A stretch of 64,000 nucleotides of DNA, taken from NCBI GenBank assembly GCA_964406605.1, contig CAYOSF010000014.1, positions 5,095 through 69,094 on the forward strand, in the 5' to 3' direction. A program made the position numbers and the translations under genes. Positions within the stretch are counted from its first letter, which is position 1, and every line of letters starts with the position of its first letter. The stretch comes from an uncultured Dehalococcoidia bacterium (GTDB lineage Bacteria > Chloroflexota > Dehalococcoidia > DSTF01 > RBG-16-68-14). A model generated the notes under the pieces. That model saw only the letters and a list, made by a program, of their open reading frames with translations, was not told the DNA's origin and did no database searches. Below, piece after piece: positions 54,022 through 64,000 of this stretch.

Positions 54022-54133
54022 CGCACCTCTAGTGCGCCCCACGGCCTTTCCATGAAAGCGCCGACAGTGGTACGCTGGGCATCTAGCCCTCATCCGGAAT
54101 CGCGGGGTGCGTATCGGACAGGAGGCCGCCGAC

Positions 54134-54553
54134 ATGACTCGTACCGTTGATCGCCCTCAGACGACTGACGACGACCACGAAGAACTGTGGGAGCACGTGG
54201 ATGGCGAGAGCCCGGACAGGGCGACCCGCCAGGCGCTGAACCTGGCCCATCGCGCCACTGAGAAATTCCCAGATCTGGTCCGTCGCTACAGCACGTTTGC
54301 CGGACGAGCCGCGGTCGTGTCCGGCGCTCTGATGGCGCTCGCCGGCGTGGCCGTCGCCCGCCGTGCCCGGCGCGGGCAGCAGCCCGAGGAGATCTTGGAG
54401 CAGATCACGCCGGAGGAGATCGAGCAGGCTGCGAACGTGACCAGCAGGCACAACCGGTGGTGGCGTATGATCGTGCGCATCGCGCGTCGGCGGCGCGACT
54501 CAGAAGACGAATCCAGCGGGCCCTCAGACGACGAGCAGTCCAGCTCGCCCTGA
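54134..54553 (+). CDS. Hypothetical membrane-associated protein
   Basis: AGGAGG SD; one hydrophobic segment AAVVSGALMALAGVAVA. Confidence 0.65.
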   Translation: MTRTVDRPQTTDDDHEELWEHVDGESPDRATRQALNLAHRATEKFPDLVRRYSTFAGRAAVVSGALMALAGVAVARRARRGQQPEEILEQITPEEIEQAANVTSRHNRWWRMIVRIARRRRDSEDESSGPSDDEQSSSP

Positions 54554-54564
54554 CGAGACGACGC

Positions 54565-54984
54565 TTGGCATCCGAACGCGGGGCGAGCCGTTCCCAGCCA
54601 GAACCCCGGCTGCTCTCCCTCGCCGTCCGCTTGGGGATCAACGCCGCAGCGCTGTGGCTGGCGGCTCAGTGGGTGCGCGGTTTCGAGATCGACGGGTGGC
54701 AGTCGCTGGTGGCGACAGCCGCCATATTCGCGGTCGTCAACACCTTCGTCAAGCCGGTAGCCCAACTGCTTGGCCTACCGATCACCTGCCTCACACTGGG
54801 CCTTTTCATTCTGGTGGTCAACGCCGCCATGCTGGCCCTGGCCGTGTGGATAGCCGGGCAATTCAATCTGGATGTGAAGATCGACGGGTTCCTGGCGGCG
54901 CTACTCGCAGCGCTGCTGGTGAGCGTCGCCAGCGGGGTGCTGAACCTTCTCGTAGGGCGGCCGGTGCGGCGCGCCCTCAGGTGA
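54565..54984 (+). CDS. YvlD-like 4-TM membrane protein (phage holin superfamily IV)
   Basis: INAAALWLAA, VNTFVKPV..LPITCLTLGLF.LVVNA..L, GF.AALL; start uncertain. Confidence 0.85.
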   Translation: MASERGASRSQPEPRLLSLAVRLGINAAALWLAAQWVRGFEIDGWQSLVATAAIFAVVNTFVKPVAQLLGLPITCLTLGLFILVVNAAMLALAVWIAGQFNLDVKIDGFLAALLAALLVSVASGVLNLLVGRPVRRALR

Positions 54985-55228
54985 CCTTGTACACCACGTC
55001 GCCGTCGCGACAACGGTCCGGCACCTTGATGCCGATGGCGTCGCCTGCCTTCGCCTCCTGCACCTGCTCGTGCTCGATCTGCATTGAATCGACGGGCTGT
55101 TCCAGGTCGGTGGTGTGGCCCTTGATATGGATGGTATCCCCCACCCGGAGTGTTCCCTCCACGTCGATGCCAGCGACACCGATCCGAGCGAAGTAGTCCT
55201 TCACGACTCCGACGCGTTCCTCAGGCAT
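54977..55228 (-). CDS. Small EF-Tu domain II-like protein (translation elongation factor-like)
   Basis: VGVVKDYFARIGVA, LRVGDTIHIKGHTTD, SMQIEH, GIKVPDRCRDGDVVYKV; AGGAGG SD. Confidence 0.85.
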   Translation of the reverse strand: MPEERVGVVKDYFARIGVAGIDVEGTLRVGDTIHIKGHTTDLEQPVDSMQIEHEQVQEAKAGDAIGIKVPDRCRDGDVVYKVT

Positions 55229-55535
55229 GGTGGGCCTCCTGCTCCCTGTGGTGGAGGGATTGTAGCACCAGGGGGCCGGCGGACTCAACGCCGGCGCGGC
55301 CAGCCACGGCGGGCCCCACATCCTATGAGCCTCCACACGACGGACAACCTCGCAGAACCGCCTGCTCGACGAAGCGAGCGGTCGGCGGCGTTGGAGCGGC
55401 GGCTGGCTGAATTCGGATTGGCGATGCCGGGCTTGGATGCAGTAGAATGGGCGCGCGCATGTGCCGGTGACAGCCGGTTGGCCGGCGCGCATTCCCATGC
55501 GGCTGATCGTGGTTGGGAAGGGGAGAGTCCGTGCA

Positions 55536-58349
55536 ATGGCGAAGAACCGCACTTCTGCGAAATCCAGGGCGATGGCGTCTTCTAAGCGGCCAGCCCGCAA
55601 GAGGACACCGCAGGATGTAGCGCTGCGCGAATCCGAGGAGAAGTGGCGATCCATCCTTGAGAATGTCCGCGATTTCATCTTCCTCTTGGGCCCTGATCTG
55701 AAGATCCGGTATATCAACCGCACCCTACCGGGCTTGGAACGGGAAGACGTCATCGGCAAGAACGCCCTCGACTACGTTCCGCCCGAGCGTCACGATGTCG
55801 CGCGAGCAGCGCTGCAGCGGGTCCTGCAGGAGGGCAGGACCGAGACCTACGAGACCGTCGGTGCCGGGCCGCGCGGCGAGCAAGCATGGTATTCCACCCG
55901 CCTCGGACCCGCCAGGCTGAACGGGGAAATCGTCGCGGCGGTGTGTGTCGCCACCGACATTACTGAGCACCATCGGGCAAGGGAAGTGCTGCAAAGCAGG
56001 AATAGGATCGCCGACATCTTCCTCACCGTCCCCGACGAGCGAATGTACGGAGATGTGCTCCAGGTCATCCTTGACGTGATGGAAAGCCAGCATGGCGCCT
56101 TCGGATTCATCGATGAGAACGGCGCCATTGTCTTCCCCTCTATGACCAGAGACATCTGGGAGCAGTGCCAGGTTCCGGACAAGGACATCGTGTTCCCGCG
56201 TGAGACGTGGGGCGGCATCTGGGGCCGGGCACTCACCGAGAAGCGCAGCCTGTATTCCAACGGGCCGCTAAACGTGCCCGAAGGACACATACCCGTGTGC
56301 AGGGCGCTGAGCGTGCCCATCACCCATCGCAAAGAGGTCATCGGACTTCTCCTGGTCGGGAACAAGGCGACGGACTATGAGAACAAGGACCGAGAACTGC
56401 TGGAAACCATCGCCGTGCACATAGCTCCGGTGCTGAATGCGAGGTTGGAGAGAGAAAGACAGGAGGCAAAGCGCCATCAGGCGGAGGCGGCCCTGCGGGA
56501 GAGCGAGGAACGCTACCGGACCCTGTTCGAGAAGGATCCGGATGGCGTCGCCCTGGTCATTGACGGGAAGATAGCCGTATGCAATCCCGGCTTGGCCGAA
56601 CTAGTCGGCCGTTCTCCGGGCGAAGTAGAGGGACGCTCTCCCACCTCGCTGGTAGTCCCAGGCGAACGAAAGCGGGCCGGCGAGCGAATCAGGGAACTCA
56701 TGCAGGGGGGCCCCGAGTACCGCTCAGAGTACCGGCTTCTGGCCAAGGGTCGGAGCGCCGTGCCGGTGGAGGTCCTGGCACGACAGATCCAGTACGACAA
56801 CCGGCCGGCGCTGCTTGTCATCATCCGCAATATCAGCGCCCGCAAGGAAGCCGAAAGGGCGTTGGTCGAGAGCGAAGAGAAATGGCATTCCCTGGTCGAG
56901 AACGCACACGACTTCATCTTCCTCGTGGACCGAGACCTGAAGATCCAGTACATCAACCACACCGTACCGGGCCTGGAACGCGATGGAGTTATCGGCAGGA
57001 GCATCTTCGACTACATAACTCCCGAGTATCACGACGTGGCTCGCAAGGCCGTCAGACGGGTCTTCCGAACGGGAGGATTCCAGACTTACGAGAACAAAGG
57101 CACTGGACCGAACGGTGAGGAGGCTTGGTATTCGGCACGGCTCGGACCGGTCGAGTTCGGTGGTAGAGTTGTCGCAGTGGCGTACGTTGCAACCGACATG
57201 ACATCGCGCAGGCTGACGGAGGAGGCGCTACGGGACAACGAGCAGCGTCTGCGCACCCTGGTCACAAACGCCCCCGTGATACTGTTTGCCGTTGACTGCA
57301 ACGGTGTGTTCACGGCAGCAGAGGGGAAAGGGATGAGTCTCGTGGGGCTCCGTCCGGAGGAACACGTGGGACGCTCCATCTTCGAACTGTACGGTAACGT
57401 TGCCGCGGTGACTGACGCCGCGCGCCGCGCGTTGGGTGGCGAAGCGTTCACGACGATCGTTGAGTTGCGGATGTCCACGTTCGAGGCTCACGTCACCCCG
57501 ATTCGAGATGGGGATGGGGAGATCACGGGCGCAATCGCCGTCGCCACGGACATCACGGCGCGTAGGCGTGCGGAGCAAGAAATCCAACTCCTGCAGAGCA
57601 CGACGCAGGCGATAAGCCAGGCGCAGGACTTCAATGCGGCTTTGGAGGTCGCGCTGGCCAAGATGTGTGAGGCGACGGCGTGTGACTTCGGCGAGGCGTG
57701 GGTTCCTCGCGCGGACGGGAGGGGTCTGGAATGCTGCCCGGCCTGGGACGCCAGGACCAAGGGCCTGGAGCGATTCAGGCAGGCGAGCGAACTCGTCACG
57801 TTCTCACCCGGCGTCGGCCTGCCCGGCCGGGTCTGGTCCTCGAAGGTGCCGCAGTGGGTCCAAGACATCTCTACAGCCAAGGACGAGCCGTTTCCCAGGG
57901 TCCAAGGTGCGGCGGACGTCGGGCTCAAGGCGGCCTTGGCCGTCCCTATCATGGCGGAGGGACAAGTGCTCGCCGTTCTCGAGTTCCTCATGCAGGAATC
58001 TCGCGAAGAGGACAAGCGACTTGTCGACCTCATTTCGGCGGTAGCGGCGCAGTTGGGTTCAATCGTCATTCGGAAGCGGGCCGAGGACGCGCTGCGAATG
58101 GCGCGGGGCGAGCTGGAGCGCCGCGTGCAACGCCGCATGCGACGGAAGAACCCCTACCGGCTAAGTCTTCGCGAGTTCACCATCCTGCACCTGGTTGCGG
58201 TGGGACGCACGGACAAAGAGATCGGCGAGCAGCTAGAGATCAGCCATCTCACGGTCCACAAGCACGTGGCAAACCTCCTCACCAAGATAGGCGCCAAGTC
58301 TCGTACCGAGGCCAGCGTCCGCGCGATCCGCGAGGGCCTGCTCGACTAG
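55536..58349 (+). CDS. One-component regulator PAS-GAF-PAS-PAS-PAS-GAF-LuxR HTH
   Basis: Repeated ESEE..Y/W..L.E linkers and ATDIT/ATDMT PAC ends; two GAF domains; C-terminal LSLREFTILHLVAVG..TVHKHVANLLTK. Confidence 0.9.
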   Translation: MAKNRTSAKSRAMASSKRPARKRTPQDVALRESEEKWRSILENVRDFIFLLGPDLKIRYINRTLPGLEREDVIGKNALDYVPPERHDVARAALQRVLQEGRTETYETVGAGPRGEQAWYSTRLGPARLNGEIVAAVCVATDITEHHRAREVLQSRNRIADIFLTVPDERMYGDVLQVILDVMESQHGAFGFIDENGAIVFPSMTRDIWEQCQVPDKDIVFPRETWGGIWGRALTEKRSLYSNGPLNVPEGHIPVCRALSVPITHRKEVIGLLLVGNKATDYENKDRELLETIAVHIAPVLNARLERERQEAKRHQAEAALRESEERYRTLFEKDPDGVALVIDGKIAVCNPGLAELVGRSPGEVEGRSPTSLVVPGERKRAGERIRELMQGGPEYRSEYRLLAKGRSAVPVEVLARQIQYDNRPALLVIIRNISARKEAERALVESEEKWHSLVENAHDFIFLVDRDLKIQYINHTVPGLERDGVIGRSIFDYITPEYHDVARKAVRRVFRTGGFQTYENKGTGPNGEEAWYSARLGPVEFGGRVVAVAYVATDMTSRRLTEEALRDNEQRLRTLVTNAPVILFAVDCNGVFTAAEGKGMSLVGLRPEEHVGRSIFELYGNVAAVTDAARRALGGEAFTTIVELRMSTFEAHVTPIRDGDGEITGAIAVATDITARRRAEQEIQLLQSTTQAISQAQDFNAALEVALAKMCEATACDFGEAWVPRADGRGLECCPAWDARTKGLERFRQASELVTFSPGVGLPGRVWSSKVPQWVQDISTAKDEPFPRVQGAADVGLKAALAVPIMAEGQVLAVLEFLMQESREEDKRLVDLISAVAAQLGSIVIRKRAEDALRMARGELERRVQRRMRRKNPYRLSLREFTILHLVAVGRTDKEIGEQLEISHLTVHKHVANLLTKIGAKSRTEASVRAIREGLLD

Positions 58350-58449
58350 CCGCTTCCCGAACCCTTTCCGAGATCGCGCGAACGCCGCGCGCCGGGTGCG
58401 ATCCCCTGGAGCGATCAACACGAGACCTGATCGCCTCATGGCTCGGAGC

Positions 58450-58495
58450 TTGACATCGAGACGCTCGTGACTCTACGATTAGAACACAGATTCTA
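58450..58495 (+). promoter_or_regulatory. dinB promoter with LexA (SOS) box
   Basis: TTGACA-N18-TACGAT followed by TAGAAC-ACAG-ATTCTA (58480-58495), one mismatch from AGAAC-N4-GTTCT. Confidence 0.8.
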
Positions 58496-58511
58496 AACAT
58501 CAGGCAAGACC

Positions 58512-59756
58512 ATGAACCGGGCTCGGACGATCATGCACGTCGATCTAGATGCCTTCTTCGTGGCCGTGGAGCAGGCCCGTGACCCGGCGCTCAGGGGCCA
58601 GCCGGTAATCGTCGGCGGCGATCCGGACGGGCGGGGAGTGGTCTCGACGGCCTCCTACGAGGCGCGCGCATTCGGCATCGGTTCAGGCATGGCGCTCGCC
58701 ACCGCCAGGCGTCTCTGCCCGCATGCCGTGTTTCTACGAGGTGACTTCGGGGCGTACCGGCGGGTATCCCAGCGTTTCCACAGCATCCTCCGAGACTACT
58801 CGCCGCTGGTGGAATCGGCGGGGCTGGACGAAGCCTTCCTCGACCTCACGGGTTGCGAGCCCATCATCGAGGCCCAGTGCGGCCCGATACCTCCGGGAAC
58901 ATCCGCGCCGGGAGAATGGGCGCGGGCGGCCGGGGAGTCCATACGCGGCCGCGTGCGCGATCAGCTATCGCTCACCGCCTCGGTGGGCATCGCGAGCGGC
59001 AAATCCCTAGCGAAGATCGCCTCGGACGCGGCAAAGCCGGACGGCCTGCTGGCGGTGCCTGCGGGGACCGAGGCGACGTTCCTGGCGCCGAGGCCGGTGC
59101 GGGACCTGCCGGGCCTGGGGCCGAAGGCGGAGACGGAGTTGACCCGACTGGGCGTGCGCACGTTGGGCCAGCTTGCGGCCATGCCCGACGACCGGCTGCG
59201 GCGCCTCTTCGGCAAGTGGGGGCCGGTGCTGGGTGAGCGAGCCCGCGGACAGGACCCAACGCCCGTCGCAGGTGAGCGCGAGGTGGCAAAGTCGGTCAGC
59301 CGGGAGGGGACGTTCGCACAGGACATCGATGACGTATCGACGTTGCGGGCATCGCTGCGCAGCTACGCCGAGCGCATGGGAGCGGACCTGCGGCGTACGG
59401 GGCGGCGGGCACGGTGCGTCACACTGAAGCTACGCTACGGTGACTTCAGCACCATTACCAGGAGCCGGACGCTCGAGCGCCCCACCCTTGCGGACGAGGA
59501 GCTGTACCGGACCGCGGCCGTTCTACTGGACGAAGCTCTCGCCCGGGACGGACGGGCGGTGCGCCTCATCGGGCTGGGCGCCTCGCAACTCGTGGACGAC
59601 GCCGTGCAGGTGGGCCTCTTCGACGAGCGCGAGCTTCCCGCCGACGAGCTGCTGCGCAGCATGGACCGGCTGCGGGCCAAGTACGGCCGCCGCGCCGTCG
59701 AAACGGGCCTCACGTTCTTCGAACAACACGGCGGCTCGTCCGATCCGGAACCCTAG
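58512..59756 (+). CDS. dinB: DNA polymerase IV (Y-family)
   Basis: HVDLDAFFVAVE, STASYEAR, LDEAFLD, AKIASDAAKPDG, TLKLRYGDF. Confidence 0.96.
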   Translation: MNRARTIMHVDLDAFFVAVEQARDPALRGQPVIVGGDPDGRGVVSTASYEARAFGIGSGMALATARRLCPHAVFLRGDFGAYRRVSQRFHSILRDYSPLVESAGLDEAFLDLTGCEPIIEAQCGPIPPGTSAPGEWARAAGESIRGRVRDQLSLTASVGIASGKSLAKIASDAAKPDGLLAVPAGTEATFLAPRPVRDLPGLGPKAETELTRLGVRTLGQLAAMPDDRLRRLFGKWGPVLGERARGQDPTPVAGEREVAKSVSREGTFAQDIDDVSTLRASLRSYAERMGADLRRTGRRARCVTLKLRYGDFSTITRSRTLERPTLADEELYRTAAVLLDEALARDGRAVRLIGLGASQLVDDAVQVGLFDERELPADELLRSMDRLRAKYGRRAVETGLTFFEQHGGSSDPEP

Positions 59757-59857
59757 CGGACCGCAGTACTCTCGTGCCAGACGGCGCTGAGCGGCGCTGG
59801 CGGCCCGTCCGGTGACTGGCTGATAATGTAGGGGCCGGCAGGTCCGCTAGATGTACC

Positions 59858-60049
59858 ATGGCCACACCAGCACTTAAGCCCGGTACGCTCCCTTCGCCGG
59901 AGCTGCTGCGTCAGGCACGGCGGTTGGAGACCCGCGCCCGCCGCGGGTCGCTGGCCTCGGCAAGAGCAGACGTGGTGGAGAATTCCACGGGCGTCTTCTA
60001 CGTGGCACCCGTCGCCTCGTACTTCCAGGCGCGAGCTGGAAGACGGTGA
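59858..60049 (+). pseudogene. Possible DUF58 remnant with a large in-frame internal deletion
   Basis: N-terminus PELLRQARRLETRARR joined to a C-terminus-like ADVVENSTG..YVAPVASYFQARAGRR; GTGA-coupled to the next gene. Confidence 0.45.
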
Positions 60050-60822
60050 TGATGAGGCGGGCATCTCTGGTGACGGTCGCGGTCGTGGCGAGCATCGTCG
60101 CGCTGACCTCGCCGGCCCGGACGCAGGCGACGTTCGATGCAACGCTGGAGCCCGCGCGAGCGACCGCAGGCGACCACCTCACTCTGACCATCACTGCCCA
60201 TCGTTCGTCCGAAGCGCGTCTGGAGGTGCCAAGCTCCCCGGATGAGCCCGAGCCGCTGAACCCAGCCGAACCACGTGATCTCAAGGAGCCTCTACAGGCC
60301 TCGTTAGGTGGAGTGCCCTCCTGGGTCTTGGGGGCGCTGTTCATGGCGGGGTTCGTGTGCGTCAGTGTCCTCACGATCGTGTTCGCCCGAGTGCCGGCGC
60401 GAGGGTCGCCGCCGCCGTTCCAGTCCCCCGCAGCACCCAATGAACCGCCTGACGAGGTTGCCAGACGAGAGTTGGACGCCATCGCCGCCTCCGGCCATCT
60501 CGACCGGGGAGAACTCGCCGAGTACTACCAGCGCATGGCGGCCTGCCTTCGCCAGTATCTTGCGGATCGGTTCGACGTGCCGGCTGTCGCCATGATGCCG
60601 CAGGAACTGCAATCCGGGCTGGAAGCGCTCGACATCGATCAATTGCCGATCCGGTTGGCCGTCAACATCCTCCAGCAGAGCCAGGCCGTGCAATTCGAGG
60701 GCCACGAACCGACGCGCGATCGGGCGGAATCCGACCTGTCCGCAGCGCACGAGATCGTTAGGCTTACGGGCCGGCTCGAGCCGTCCGAGCGAGCCGGCAA
60801 CCAAGCGCGGACGCGGCCATGA
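60046..60822 (+). CDS. Bat-operon-associated membrane protein (DUF4381/BatD-like), possibly shortened
   Basis: Signal peptide, ATAGDHLTLTITA, RDLKEP, one TM, PDEVARRELDAI..YYQRMAACLRQYLADRFDVPA. Confidence 0.65.
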   Translation: MMMRRASLVTVAVVASIVALTSPARTQATFDATLEPARATAGDHLTLTITAHRSSEARLEVPSSPDEPEPLNPAEPRDLKEPLQASLGGVPSWVLGALFMAGFVCVSVLTIVFARVPARGSPPPFQSPAAPNEPPDEVARRELDAIAASGHLDRGELAEYYQRMAACLRQYLADRFDVPAVAMMPQELQSGLEALDIDQLPIRLAVNILQQSQAVQFEGHEPTRDRAESDLSAAHEIVRLTGRLEPSERAGNQARTRP

Positions 60823-60942
60823 GCATGCACCAATGGCAGCGGCGCTGGCCGAGGTTAGAGAGGAGCTGAACCGCCGACTACAGATCAGCCAGGCCGGCGC
60901 GGGGTCAGACCAGCCAGAGAGGCCGGATTACTGAGGCAAGAG

Positions 60943-61179
60943 ATGGCAGAGGATTGGGTTGTTGTGCAGGTGGCACCTGACCATCTCACTGCGGAGATGC
61001 GGGTAGCGTTCCTGCGACAGCAAGGCGTACCGGCGAGGATCAAGGCTTCGGACGCGGTCTCGTTCCTGGGGACATCCCCCTTCGGCTGCAGAGTGCTGGT
61101 GCCGAGGGACCGGCTGGACGAAGCGGAGGCCCTCCTGGCGGACGAGTTTGGAGACGAGGAGCCGCCGGAGCCGGCGTGA
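60943..61179 (+). CDS. DUF2007 family putative signal-transducing protein
   Basis: WVVV..A.D...AEM...FL...GVPA....RVLVPRDRLDEAEALL. Confidence 0.8.
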   Translation: MAEDWVVVQVAPDHLTAEMRVAFLRQQGVPARIKASDAVSFLGTSPFGCRVLVPRDRLDEAEALLADEFGDEEPPEPA

Positions 61180-61299
61180 GGAAGATCGGGCGGTTGACCC
61201 TATCCGGGTCGGCGGCTAGCATACCGTTCAACGCGTCCAGCGCCGACCCAACGACGACCGCGCTGAATCGGAGAGCGCCGGAAGGAATGGGAGCGTATC

Positions 61300-62494
61300 G
61301 TGCTCGACCTGGCCTGGAAGAACATGTGGCAGCGCAAGCTGCGCACGACCCTCACTCTGCTGGGCATCGCGGTGGGCCTGGAGCTGGTGATCCTGATGAC
61401 GGCCATCCTCGATTTCACGGAGCGGAGCATGGACGCCGAACTGGCCAAGTACGCCGGCGCGGGGCAGATGTTCGTGACGTCGCAGACGCTCGAGGGATCC
61501 ACCGGGCAGGAGTTCCCTCCCATCAATAGCACCCTTAGCGAGGAGATCGCGGACAGGATCGTCGCCGAGCTTGGGGGCCGGGTCGACGCATCCAAGACGA
61601 CGCCGGTACTGTTCCGGGAGCTGGCCGGGTCGCCGTATCCGAACGCGCCGTCGGAGGCACTGGCGGTCGGTGTGCACTACGACAAGATACGGGCGTATAT
61701 CGGCGATGAGGCAGAGATCGATCCCGACGGCTATCCGGAAGGCGATCCGCGGCTGGAGGAAGGAGTCCTCGAGTTCTCCGGCCCCGAGGCGGAGGAGGTG
61801 ATCCTGGGCGACATGGCAGCGGGCGTCTTCGATGACGCCATGGTGGGCAGCGAGATCACTGTGGCGGGCCAGTCGTTGCTCGTGGTGGGCCGTATCCAGG
61901 GGAAGGACCTGTTCGATCGGGTGGCCTCCAACCCCGTTCTGATGCCCCTCAAGACTGCCCAGGAGATCTTCCAGCAACCCGCTTCTGTGTCCGCGCTGCT
62001 GATCACCGCGCCCGAGCCTCAGGCGGTCTCTCAGCTCGCGGAGACGATCAGGCGGCAGGAGCCGGACCTGGCCGTCGTCACCGAAGCGGAGATTGCGCAG
62101 AGCCTGAGCGATGCTCTTGCCGGCGAGCGCACGTTCTTCAGGACCATCAACTGGACGGTCTACATCGTAGCCGCGATAGTCGTGGCCATCGTGATGGTGA
62201 TGGCCGTATCCGAGCGAACGAGAGAGATCGGGACCCTGCGGGCGATCGGCTCCAGCCGGGCGCTCGTCCTGGCCACCATCGTTGTCGAGGCGGCCTTCAT
62301 CGGCCTGCTCGGTGGCCTGGTCTCCATCCCGGTGGCCTTCGTGCTGGACATCCTTGTCGGCTTCGGCCTGAGAGAGGTGGTCGAGGTCGCGAGCCTGGTG
62401 CGGGTGATACTCCTGGTCACAGCACTCTCGGGGGTGGCGGCGCTGCTACCGGCCTGGCGCGCCACCAGGATCAGCCCTGTCGAGGCACTCCGCT

Positions 62495-62502
<8 letters not shown>
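61300..62502 (+). CDS. ABC transporter permease (MacB/FtsX-like)
   Basis: AWKNMWQRKLRTTLTLLGIAVG, AVSERTREIGTLRAIG, PAWRATRISPVEALRYE. Confidence 0.93.
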
Positions 62503-63208
<706 letters not shown>

Positions 63209-63276
63209 CCACGAAGGTGTAAGCACAGTTCCCGAGCGGCCCTTACCCGTGCCGTCCAGATGCCGGTCTACGGCGC

Positions 63277-63711
63277 CTACTCGCCTGCGATGTATCCCCG
63301 GTGGGCCCGGTAGTGCTGCGCACCGTCGGCGCGACCGATCGCCTCGACCTCCGCGTCCCAGCGGTCGGGTGGGACAGCCTCGATGGCATCGATCCGATGC
63401 TCGAACGCCGCCCGGGCCCGCTGCCGCGCTTCGGCAAGGCTGAGGGCGCTGTCCTCCTGCTGCCAGCGGGCGTTGACCTCGTCGTCGGTGCCCTCAAGCC
63501 TGGGATGCGAGCGGCCGGCAAGGTGTGCCCCGAGGCGCGCGGTCGAATGCTCGATCCAGCGCGCAAGGTGGGCATAGACGTCGCGGCTGGTCCAGTCCGG
63601 CGAGTTCGGGTCATGGAGCGAGCCCTCCGGGTGCGCCTCGAGGACGGCGACGAGCGCCTCCCACTCGGCACGATCCTCGCGGAGCATCTCCGCGACCGCC
63701 TCGGCGTCCAT
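63277..63711 (-). CDS. DinB/YfiT-like four-helix protein (MDMPI N-terminal / ClbS-like)
   Basis: WTSRDVYAHLARW, DEVNARW, HYRAH. Confidence 0.75.
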   Translation of the reverse strand: MDAEAVAEMLREDRAEWEALVAVLEAHPEGSLHDPNSPDWTSRDVYAHLARWIEHSTARLGAHLAGRSHPRLEGTDDEVNARWQQEDSALSLAEARQRARAAFEHRIDAIEAVPPDRWDAEVEAIGRADGAQHYRAHRGYIAGE

Positions 63712-63729
63712 CAGCTCGCCACCAACGCG

Positions 63730-64000
63730 CTAGACGGCGACGCCTTCCTGGCGCAGCAGCTTCCTCTTCATCGGCAGGCCGCCGCCGAAACCGCCCAGCC
63801 CGCCGTCCGAGCCCACGACGCGATGGCAGGGGATGAGGAGCGGGATCGGGTTAGAGCCGACAGCCTGCCCGACGGCGCGGGCGGCGCCTGGCCGCCCCAC
63901 CCGACGCGCCAGCTCGCCGTACGGGATGGTGCTGCCGTGCGGTATCGAGAGCATCGCCTTCCACACCGAGCGCTGGAACGGCGTACCGCCGATCAGCCGC
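63730..64000 (-). CDS. ogt: Methylated-DNA-protein-cysteine methyltransferase, 5'-partial (runs off the window)
   Basis: [38 protein letters not shown]. Confidence 0.93.
   Translation of the reverse strand, partial: RLIGGTPFQRSVWKAMLSIPHGSTIPYGELARRVGRPGAARAVGQAVGSNPIPLLIPCHRVVGSDGGLGGFGGGLPMKRKLLRQEGVAV

Noticed and set aside
54565-54984. Holin-family gene as a prophage marker
   Set aside because: YvlD-like proteins are common chromosomal membrane proteins, and there are no phage genes nearby.

Overview
A 64 kb high-GC bacterial chromosomal segment. It is most likely Chloroflexota, class Dehalococcoidia; this is inferred from a Dehalococcoides-type AGAAC-N4-GTTCT LexA box, a flexitail-type surface protein and the gene repertoire. 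I found no rRNA, tRNA, CRISPR array, transposase or integrase. Main content: (1) An 8-gene TetR-led catabolic operon (395-10921) encoding an ethylbenzene/steroid-C25-dehydrogenase-like molybdoenzyme (beta and alpha subunits), thiolase, CoA ligase, acetoacetate-decarboxylase-family protein, Zn-ADH and acyl-CoA dehydrogenase. (2) Two more orphan alpha subunits of the same family. All three alphas lack a Tat signal, and no gamma or delta subunit is present in the window. (3) Transporters, amine-catabolism genes, nadA with an NrtR-type box, a queD-like gene, a rib operon interrupted by an SPFH gene, a PAS/GAF-LuxR regulator, and dinB with an SOS box. Signals not in the ORF track: a 27-bp direct repeat that duplicates the 3' end of an ABC-F gene around a single nuclease-like orphan gene; a Met-Arg-stop-stop uORF attenuator upstream of that ABC-F; a promoter, 31-aa leader peptide and alternative-hairpin unit upstream of a GNAT-like gene and ABC exporter; REP-like GTAG/GGAG hairpins between small accessory ORFs; and a possible internally deleted DUF58 gene. 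All product calls come from motif recognition by eye; no database searches were run.
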